From: Candidatus Aminicenantes bacterium
GTDB taxonomy: Bacteria; Acidobacteriota; Aminicenantia; Aminicenantales; Aminicenantaceae
Length of the DNA: 35,217 nucleotides
Direction of reading: 5' to 3'
NCBI GenBank assembly: GCA_030620655.1
Contig: JAUXEH010000001.1
Span: forward strand, 1 to 35,217
Positions 17,601-24,313 of this stretch are shown piece after piece (position 1 is the first letter of the stretch; every line of letters starts with the position of its first letter). The notes under the pieces were generated by a model that was given only the letters and a program-made list of their open reading frames with translations, was not told the DNA's origin and did no database searches. Made by a program: the position numbers and the translations under genes.

Positions 17601-20389
17601 AAGGAGCAGTTGAAGGCTTTGAGCTCCCCCCTCCCCCCGCTGCGGATCTCGGCGCGCAGGAAACAGGCCGGCGGCGTGCCGGACGTCAGGCACCTGGTCT
17701 CGCCCACCCCTTCCAGCAGCCCGGTCTCATCCTCGAACAGGAAAAAATACTTGCGACCGCCGTTGACACCCTTGAGCCGGGCGTCGACCATCCGGACCAC
17801 CAGCTCCACCTCGCGACCGGCATATCTTTTCAGGTCCTTGATCCGGAGCTCCGGACGCTTCCCCTCGAACAGCACGAGCGAATCGCCCTCCGGGTCAAAG
17901 CCCAGGGATTCCACCAGCATCCGCTTTTTCTGCCTGGCGTTGAGGTCGGCGACCTCCCCTATGCCCTCGAGCCCGTGGAAATAGCGCAGGATCTGCTGGG
18001 TGCGCGTCGGTTCCAGCGAATCGAACGCGCCGGCTTTGATCAAAGCGAACAGTTCGGCTTTGGTCAGCGACACCCGCAGTAGTAAATCCTCGATGGAGCG
18101 GTAGGGCACGTCCCTGCGCTCCTCGAAGATCTTGTCCGCGGTCCGGACGGCCAGCCCCTTGATGGACAGCAGGCCCACCCGGATGCTTTTGCCCTCCACC
18201 TCGAAATGATAGCCGCTGCGCTGGACATCCGGACCCAGGATCCGGATCCCGCACCGTTTGGCCTCCTCGATGTATTCGGGCAGGCCGTAATAGCCACCGC
18301 AGGCGTTGAGCACCGCCGTGAGGTACGGCAGCGTGTGATGGGTCTTGAGATACACCGCCTGGTAGGCCATGTGGGCGTAGGAAGCGCTGTGGGCCTTGTT
18401 GAAGGAGTAGGAGGAAAATTTGTCCATGATGGCCCAGAGCCTTTTGACCTCTCCCGGAGTGTACCCGCGCGCGCCCGCCTCCTGGAAAAATTTCTCCTTG
18501 AAAGGCGTGTCCGCCCTCTTTTTCTTGAGGCCGCGCCGGAGCAGGTCGCCCTCCTCCGGCGGCATCCCGGCCACGCGGTCCGCGACCTGCATCACCTGCT
18601 CCTCGTACAGCAGCAGCCCCCCGGTCTCGGGCAGGACCCGGGACAGGAGAGGGTCGCGGGACACCTGCTTCCCCTCCCGGCCGCGGAGCAGCGTCTGCTT
18701 CATCCCGCTTTCGGTCGGCCCCGGCCGGATCAAGGCCAGGGCCTGGATCAGGTCATAGATGGTCTCCGGCCGCATGCGGCGGAGCAGGTTCATCATGGCC
18801 GGGCTCTCCACCTGAAAACAGCCGATGGTCTCTGCCTTCTGCAGCCGCCGGAAGGTGGGGCCGTCCCGCGGTGGGATGCTCCGGAGGTCGAGTGTTTTTC
18901 GCGTGCTCGAGATGGCGGCCAGCCCCCGCACGGACAGTAGATCGAGCTTGATGAGCTTGAGATCCTCAACCGCGTCCCGGTCAAAGTGTGACATGCGCAG
19001 GCCCTTGGCGGACTCCTGCAGCGGAAGGTACCGGCGGACCGGAGCGGGCGTGAGCAGCACGCCTCCCACATGCAGGGAAATCTCGCAGTATACCGAAGTC
19101 AGTTCCGAAGCGGCGGCCCAGATCTCCCCACATCCGGGCAGCGGCCGGTCCTTCTTCAGGTATTCGGGCTCCTCGAACATGGGGATCCGCCTGCTCATGG
19201 AACGGCCCTCGGCCGGCGGCAGCCCGAAGGCGCGGGCCGTCTCGTACAGGGCCGACCGGGCCCGGTAGTTCTTCAGACTGCACACGAAGGCAGCCCCGGT
19301 CCGGCCCCGGCCGTACGTGTCCAGGACATACTCCAGCACCCGGTCCCGCAGGCGCGAGTCGAAGTCCAAATCAAAATCCGGAGGGGCGTCCCGCCCCGAG
19401 TTGAGGAAGCGGGCGAAGTAGAGGTCGAAGGTGATGGGGCTGATGTGGGAGATCCCCAGGAGATAGGCCAGGAAGGAGGAGGCTCCCGAGCCCTTGAGGT
19501 TGTGAAGGATGCCCTGCCGGCGGGCGAACTGCACCACGTCGTGCACCACCAGGAAATAGGGCGCAAACCCCGATCTCTCCACCACCTCCAGTTCCATCCG
19601 GGCCCGCTTCCTCTCCTTCCAACTGAGATCCCTCCTCCCCCGAAGCTTCTCCATCACCACGTCCCGCAGTGGCGTGGGGAAAAGGCCTCCGGGAAGCTTG
19701 GGGACGATGTCGTCGAAGGTGAACCGGCACTTCTCGGCCACCTCGAAGGTCGCGCGGAAGAGCGGCTTGATACCGGGGCCGAACTTTTTCACCGCCAGAT
19801 GCGCCTGGTCAGGCCCTAAAAGCGGCATCCGGCGGCCTAAGCGGTCCCGCTCCGGAGGGAAGGGGATCTTTTTATGGATGGCATGCAGCAGGATAAGCCG
19901 CTCGGGATGGCGGAGAAACTTCAGGGGATGGGCCCAGACCGCAGGCAGGCCGTGCCTTTTGGACCAGGCCTTGACCGTTTTCAGGTTGAAGAAACCGCTC
20001 CCCAGATACAGATCCTCACCCAGGAGCGGCACCAGCTCCTCGGGGAAGTCACGGTCCTCCGGCCGGGGGATAAAGACGGTCACCAGCCCCCGGGTGCTGT
20101 TAACAGCACGCCCGTTGAGGGTTTCCATGAGGGTCCAGTATCCTTCCCGCTCCTTGACCAGGAACAGGAACGTCCGCCCCCCGAGTTCCAGCTCACATCC
20201 GAAAACAGGGCGGAGCCCACTGTCCTGTGCGGCCCTCTTCCAGCGTGCCCAGCCGTAGAGGTTCTCAAGATCAGAGAGCGCCGCCGCCGGGAGCTTCTCC
20301 CGGACGGCCCAGGCGGCCAGCTCCCGCAGCAGCACCCCTCCCCTCCCCTTGCTGTAGACGGAGTGCACCCGCAGCGGTATAAACATCAT
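17585..20389 (-). CDS. dnaE2: DNA polymerase III alpha-type subunit, short DnaE2/ImuC-like (error-prone) form
   Basis: 934 aa, shorter than replicative DnaE. N-terminal PHP-like start (LRVHSVYS), catalytic PDFDLDFD pair, KLDLLSVRGL and a C-terminal OB-like segment. Operon context with lexA and a Y-family polymerase. Confidence 0.8.
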   Translation of the reverse strand: MMFIPLRVHSVYSKGRGGVLLRELAAWAVREKLPAAALSDLENLYGWARWKRAAQDSGLRPVFGCELELGGRTFLFLVKEREGYWTLMETLNGRAVNSTRGLVTVFIPRPEDRDFPEELVPLLGEDLYLGSGFFNLKTVKAWSKRHGLPAVWAHPLKFLRHPERLILLHAIHKKIPFPPERDRLGRRMPLLGPDQAHLAVKKFGPGIKPLFRATFEVAEKCRFTFDDIVPKLPGGLFPTPLRDVVMEKLRGRRDLSWKERKRARMELEVVERSGFAPYFLVVHDVVQFARRQGILHNLKGSGASSFLAYLLGISHISPITFDLYFARFLNSGRDAPPDFDLDFDSRLRDRVLEYVLDTYGRGRTGAAFVCSLKNYRARSALYETARAFGLPPAEGRSMSRRIPMFEEPEYLKKDRPLPGCGEIWAAASELTSVYCEISLHVGGVLLTPAPVRRYLPLQESAKGLRMSHFDRDAVEDLKLIKLDLLSVRGLAAISSTRKTLDLRSIPPRDGPTFRRLQKAETIGCFQVESPAMMNLLRRMRPETIYDLIQALALIRPGPTESGMKQTLLRGREGKQVSRDPLLSRVLPETGGLLLYEEQVMQVADRVAGMPPEEGDLLRRGLKKKRADTPFKEKFFQEAGARGYTPGEVKRLWAIMDKFSSYSFNKAHSASYAHMAYQAVYLKTHHTLPYLTAVLNACGGYYGLPEYIEEAKRCGIRILGPDVQRSGYHFEVEGKSIRVGLLSIKGLAVRTADKIFEERRDVPYRSIEDLLLRVSLTKAELFALIKAGAFDSLEPTRTQQILRYFHGLEGIGEVADLNARQKKRMLVESLGFDPEGDSLVLFEGKRPELRIKDLKRYAGREVELVVRMVDARLKGVNGGRKYFFLFEDETGLLEGVGETRCLTSGTPPACFLRAEIRSGGRGELKAFNCSFRDHS

Positions 20390-20426
20390 CTCTCTACCTG
20401 CATCGACATTCTTTTGTCACTCCAAT

Positions 20427-20553
20427 ACCTGGGTCATCTGCGGGTCGAGATGGCTGCAGCGGCAAGGAAGCGGTCCGTGAGGCTGTAGTGAACTACGCCG
20501 AACGGGCCGCAACGATGCCGATGTGGTGAGATCGACCCGCAGATGACCCAGGT
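20427..20553. repeat. 127-bp nested hairpin element with 22-bp perfect terminal inverted repeats
   Basis: ACCTGGGTCATCTGCGGGTCGA (20427-20448) is the exact reverse complement of 20532-20553. The second tier is GCGGTCCGT (20470-20478) / ACGGGCCGC (20502-20510), with one T/G position. The innermost hairpin is 20481-20499. The right arm abuts the stop codon of the polymerase IV gene. Confidence 0.85.
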
Positions 20554-21773
20554 CATTTGGTGAGGGAGGCGGTCTTGAGAACAAACCCCTGCCGCTTCTC
20601 CAAGCTGTAGATCTCGTCCAGCATCCTCTCGCGCGCCGTGAGCAGCGAGCCGAAACCGTACTTCTCCCGCACCCGGTCCATGGCCAACCCCAGGCGCTCC
20701 TGACGTGGCGAATAGGGCTCGAACAGGGAGAGGGGCCGACCCCGGACCAGGTCGGAAGCCTTGACCCCCACCAGGCGCAGCGAGAGGCGCGACCCGGTGT
20801 AAAGCTCGCCGAACAGCTCCCGGGCGATGCGGAAGATCTCGCCCATATCCTGCAGGGGTGAGATCAGGAGCCGGCGGCGGCCCTCGGTCTTGAAATCGGA
20901 ATACCGGACCTTGACCTCCACGATGTGGGCGAAAAGGCGGTCCTTGCGCAGGGCCAGGGTCATCCGGTCACAGAGGTAGGCCAGATGGGCCAGGAACAGT
21001 CGCTGCTCCCAGATATCCTCCAGGAAGGTGGTCTCCCGGGACACGGACTTGGGCACGGCGGGGGGGGCCAGGGGCCGGCTGTCCACGCCCCGGGACTGGA
21101 GGTAGATCTCCTCGCCGTTGAGGCCGAACAGCGAACGCAGAGTGGCGCGCGGCAGGCCCCACAGGTCGCCGATCCGCTGGATGTTCAGCATGCGCAGGAT
21201 GACCTGGGCCTTGGGCCCGATCCCCGGCAGCAGCTCGATCCCCAGGTCCTTGAGGAATTCCTCTTCCCCGCCGGGCGGGATCTCTAACAGCCCCCCCGGT
21301 TTCGCCCGGTTGGTGGCCAGCTTGGCCAGGGTCTTGTTGGGTCCCACCCCCACCGAGACCGTCAGCCCCAGTTCCCGCTCCACCCGCCGCTTGATATCCT
21401 GCACGGCCCGGGAAAAGGACGGATAGAGCGCCCGGCATCGGGTGAGGTCGAGATAGGCCTCGTCCAGGGAGGCGGACTCCACATCCGGGGTGTATTGGGA
21501 AAGAATCCGGAGAAAATTCTCCGAAAACGCGCTGTAGACCTGGTAGTTCCCCCTTATGAACACCCCGTGGGGGCACAGCTGGTGCGCCTGGCGGAGGGAC
21601 ATACCGGAGTGGACCCCGTATTTACGGGCGGCGTAAGACGCCGTGGAGGCCACGCCCCGCTCATGGGGGAGGCCGCCCACGATCACCGGTTTTCCCTTGA
21701 GGGAAGGGTCGAGCAGTTCTTCCACCGCGGCAAAAAAAGCATCGATATCGATGTGGACGATACACCTTCGCAT
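20553..21773 (-). CDS. dinB: Y-family DNA polymerase (DinB/Pol IV type, catalytic residues present) in the ImuB position of the cassette
   Basis: HIDIDAFFAAVE, SYAARKYGVHSGM and SLDEAYLDLT, so the acidic triad is retained. 406 aa. Starts 10 nt after the lexA stop. Confidence 0.85.
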   Translation of the reverse strand: MRRCIVHIDIDAFFAAVEELLDPSLKGKPVIVGGLPHERGVASTASYAARKYGVHSGMSLRQAHQLCPHGVFIRGNYQVYSAFSENFLRILSQYTPDVESASLDEAYLDLTRCRALYPSFSRAVQDIKRRVERELGLTVSVGVGPNKTLAKLATNRAKPGGLLEIPPGGEEEFLKDLGIELLPGIGPKAQVILRMLNIQRIGDLWGLPRATLRSLFGLNGEEIYLQSRGVDSRPLAPPAVPKSVSRETTFLEDIWEQRLFLAHLAYLCDRMTLALRKDRLFAHIVEVKVRYSDFKTEGRRRLLISPLQDMGEIFRIARELFGELYTGSRLSLRLVGVKASDLVRGRPLSLFEPYSPRQERLGLAMDRVREKYGFGSLLTARERMLDEIYSLEKRQGFVLKTASLTK

Positions 21774-21783
21774 CAGGCTGAGG

Positions 21784-22401
21784 TCAGTATTTCCGCATCA
21801 CCCCGATCACCCGCCCCAGGATCCGCAGCTGCGAGACCTCGATGGGTTCAAACTCCGGGTTCTCGGGCATGAGGGCGATCCGCCCCGCCTCAAGCCTCAG
21901 CCTCTTCAGGGTGACGGACCCGTCCTCCAGGAAAGCGATCACCATCTCGCCGGAGCTGGCGGTGTTGGTGCGCTCCACCAGCACGCGGTCGCCGTCATCG
22001 ATATAGGCATCCACCATGCTTTTTCCCTCGACCTGCACGCAGAAGACATTGTCTCGCTTACGGCCCAACATCCATTCCGGCACCTCCACGGCCTCGTGGG
22101 AAAGGTCGATCGCCTCCCGAGGGTGGCCCGCCGGGACAAACCCCAGCAGGGGTACCTTGACATGCGCTTCCACGGCGGTGGGAAAACCGGTGGGGCTCAA
22201 CTCTCCACTCTGTTTCCGGACATATCCCTTCTTTTCCAGGCTCCGGACATGCTTGAAAACGGCCGAAGGGTTGCTGATGTGCAGGATCTCCCCCAACTGC
22301 CGGATGGTGGGGGAATACCCTCGCTCCAGGATGAAGTCCTTGATGGCCTGCAGGACCTCTTCCTGCCTCTCCGTCAGTTCAATGCGCATTTTGTTTACCA
22401 T
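21784..22401 (-). CDS. lexA: LexA repressor (S24 autopeptidase)
   Basis: N-terminal winged helix (LTERQEEVLQAIKDFILERGYSPTIRQLGEIL), Ala-Gly cleavage site (VPAGHP), Ser in GKSMVD and Lys in VTLKRL. Three in-frame starts are possible (GTG 22410, ATG 22401, ATG 22389). AAGGTG precedes the ATG at 22401. Confidence 0.9.
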   Translation of the reverse strand: MVNKMRIELTERQEEVLQAIKDFILERGYSPTIRQLGEILHISNPSAVFKHVRSLEKKGYVRKQSGELSPTGFPTAVEAHVKVPLLGFVPAGHPREAIDLSHEAVEVPEWMLGRKRDNVFCVQVEGKSMVDAYIDDGDRVLVERTNTASSGEMVIAFLEDGSVTLKRLRLEAGRIALMPENPEFEPIEVSQLRILGRVIGVMRKY

Positions 22402-22410
22402 TTTGTTCAC
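22387..22410. repeat. Perfectly phased 12-bp tandem duplication at the lexA start (CATTTTGTTTAC | CATTTTGTTCAC)
   Basis: 11 of 12 positions identical. On the coding strand it reads GTGAACAAAATG GTAAACAAAATG, which produces the alternative starts (V/M)NKM-VNKM. Confidence 0.8.
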
Positions 22411-22417
22411 CTTTTAT

Positions 22418-22446
22418 ACAATAGGACCCGCCCCGGGGTTTGTCAA
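22418..22446 (-). promoter_or_regulatory. Candidate lexA promoter (TTGACA-N17-TATTGT)
   Basis: On the minus strand: -35 TTGACA (22446-22441), a 17-nt spacer containing the palindrome CCCCGGGG, and -10 TATTGT (22423-22418). Confidence 0.4.
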
Positions 22447-22486
22447 GTGTTTTTTCCGTGTTTTTCTGCTATAGTAACTCACCTGG

Positions 22487-22499
22487 CCTGGATTATTCA
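22487..22499 (+). repeat. Copy of the intergenic motif CCTGGATTATTCA (exact; 15-mer CCTGGATTATTCACG)
   Basis: Lies 11 nt downstream of a TATAGT hexamer (22470-22475) and 40 nt upstream of the SDR ATG (22540). Confidence 0.8.
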
Positions 22500-22539
22500 C
22501 GTTTATGACGGGTTCAGGTTCACTCACGGAGAACACAGA

Positions 22540-23256
22540 ATGAGCGAGAGAGTCGTCCTGGTCACCGGCAGCAACCGCGGGCTGGGGCGGGACATCGCCC
22601 TGACCCTGGCGGAAACGGCTTCAGGCGTGGCCGTGCATTATCGTCGGGACAGGGCCGCCGCCGAGGAAACGGTCCGGGATATCGAAAAAAAAGGCCGTCC
22701 GGCCGCGGCCCTGGCCGCCGACCTGACCGTCGAAGAGGAGGCGGCCCGGCTGATCCGGAAGACGGAAGACCGCTTCGGCCGCCTCGACATCCTGGTCAAC
22801 AACTACGGCCCTATCCTGGAAAAGGGCTGGGCCGAGCTCACCCGGGTCGACTGGGACCGCATCCTGCAGGCGAACCTCTACAGCGCCTGGTTCTGCATGA
22901 AGGCCGCGCTGCCCGGCATGCGCCGGCGGGAATGGGGGCGCATCATCAACATCGGGTACAGCCGGGTTGAGCAGCTGACCGCGTTCCAGAAAATCCTACC
23001 CTATGCCGTGGCCAAGACCGGCCTCCTGCTCCTGACCCGTTCGGCCGCGGCTTCGGAGGCGGCCGCCAACATCACCGTGAACATGGTCTCGCCCGGTCTC
23101 CTGGAAGGTGGGGTGCGGCCCAAGGATCCGGACATCCCGGCCGGGCGGCTGGGGCGGTTAGAGGACGTGGCGCATGCGGTGCGCTACCTCTCTTCCCCGG
23201 AGGCCGCCTACGTCACCGGGATCAACCTGACGGTGGCCGGCGGCTGGAAGCTGTGA
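22540..23256 (+). CDS. Short-chain dehydrogenase/reductase (FabG-like)
   Basis: VLVTGSNRGLG (TGxxxGxG), NNYG, and YAVAKTG (YxxxK). 238 aa. The track ORF's long 5' extension (21643-22539) is antisense to lexA and is rejected. Confidence 0.85.
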   Translation: MSERVVLVTGSNRGLGRDIALTLAETASGVAVHYRRDRAAAEETVRDIEKKGRPAAALAADLTVEEEAARLIRKTEDRFGRLDILVNNYGPILEKGWAELTRVDWDRILQANLYSAWFCMKAALPGMRRREWGRIINIGYSRVEQLTAFQKILPYAVAKTGLLLLTRSAAASEAAANITVNMVSPGLLEGGVRPKDPDIPAGRLGRLEDVAHAVRYLSSPEAAYVTGINLTVAGGWKL

Positions 23257-23286
23257 CATTGACTTTAACAGGCGCAGAATATATAA

Positions 23287-23299
23287 CCTGGATTATTCA
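23287..23299 (+). repeat. Copy of the intergenic motif CCTGGATTATTCA (exact; 15-mer CCTGGATTATTCACG)
   Basis: Directly follows a TTGACT-N17-TATAAC promoter-like element (23262-23290). Lies 13 nt upstream of the tdh ATG. Confidence 0.8.
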
Positions 23300-23312
23300 C
23301 GAAGGGTAATAA

Positions 23313-24311
23313 ATGTCGATTATGAATAGAAAGCACATTGAAAAGGGAAATGTCCTGGTGACCGGGGCCGGTGGACAGATCGGCTCCGCGCTGACCCCCC
23401 TGCTCCGCTCCCGCTTCGGCGCCGCCAACGTGCTCGCCACGGACATCCGGGACGACATCAGCCCGGCCCTGCGTGAGGCCGGCCCCTACCTGAAGCTGGA
23501 TGTCACGAGCCAGGAAGACATCCGCCGCACCCTGGAGAAACACGATATCGACATCGTCTACCACATGTCGGCCATCCTCTCCGCCAAGGGCGAAAATCAT
23601 CCCCAGCTCGCCTGGACCGTGAACATGAACGGCACCTTCAACATCCTGGAGGCCGCACGGGAAATGGGGCTGGAGCGGATCTTCGTTCCCAGCTCCATCG
23701 CCGCCTTCGGGCCCGAGACGCCGCGCGACCGCACACCCCAGGAAACGGTGCTCCGCCCCAAGACCATGTACGGCGTCACCAAGGTGGCTGGGGAGCTGCT
23801 GTGCGATTATTATGTGCTGCGGTACGGCCTGGACGTGCGCGGATGCCGCTATCCCGGGATCATAAGCCACGAGACCCTTCCGGGTGGGGGAACGACCGAC
23901 TACGCCGTGGAAATCTTCTACGCGGCCGTCAAATACGGGAACTTCACCTGTTTCCTTAAGCCGGACACACGCCTCCCCATGATGTACATGCCGGACTGCC
24001 TCAAGGCCACCCGGGAGCTCATGGAGGCGGACTCAGGCCGCCTTGAACACCACTCGGATTTCAATATCGGCGGGATGAGTTTTACGCCTGAGGAGCTGGC
24101 CGCCGAGATCCGCAGACACGTTCCGGATTTCCAGATCGAGTACAAACCGGATTTTCGCCAGCAGATCGCCGACTCCTGGCCCCGCAGCATCGACGACTCC
24201 GCCGCACGGGAAGAATGGGATTGGAAGCCCGATTTTAACCTGGCCACGATGACCGAAGACATGCTGCGCGTCCTCGGTGAACGCCACGATCGCGGCGCGC
24301 TCGGCTACTGA
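23313..24311 (+). CDS. tdh: L-threonine 3-dehydrogenase, SDR / UDP-galactose-4-epimerase-like type
   Basis: VLVTGAGGQIGS Rossmann motif, YGVTKVAGE (YxxxK), and the PGGGTTDYAVEIF and LPMMYMPDC blocks characteristic of this TDH class. Convergent neighbour of kbl. Confidence 0.8.
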   Translation: MSIMNRKHIEKGNVLVTGAGGQIGSALTPLLRSRFGAANVLATDIRDDISPALREAGPYLKLDVTSQEDIRRTLEKHDIDIVYHMSAILSAKGENHPQLAWTVNMNGTFNILEAAREMGLERIFVPSSIAAFGPETPRDRTPQETVLRPKTMYGVTKVAGELLCDYYVLRYGLDVRGCRYPGIISHETLPGGGTTDYAVEIFYAAVKYGNFTCFLKPDTRLPMMYMPDCLKATRELMEADSGRLEHHSDFNIGGMSFTPEELAAEIRRHVPDFQIEYKPDFRQQIADSWPRSIDDSAAREEWDWKPDFNLATMTEDMLRVLGERHDRGALGY

Positions 24312-24313
24312 CC

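Noticed and set aside
20094-20109. Perfect 16-bp palindrome GTGCTGTTAACAGCAC inside the dnaE2 coding sequence.
   Set aside because: About 0.5 such unspaced 16-bp palindromes are expected by chance in 35 kb, and it lies within an intact reading frame. Not significant on its own.
22487-22501. Reading the CCTGGATTATTCACG motif as a sigma-54 (-24 GG / -12 GC) or sigma-28 (GCCGATAA) promoter.
   Set aside because: The GG is not followed by a GC at the required 10-nt spacing. The GCCGA(T/C) strings in the 17.3-17.6 kb nest lack a TAAA -35 at 15-nt spacing. Half of the motif copies sit in convergent gene ends, where a promoter makes no sense.
21643-22539. The 5' 300 codons of the 537-aa track ORF 21643-23256.
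   Set aside because: This part is antisense to lexA and the end of dinB. SDR homology begins only at the ATG at 22540 (MSERVVLVTGSNRGLG).
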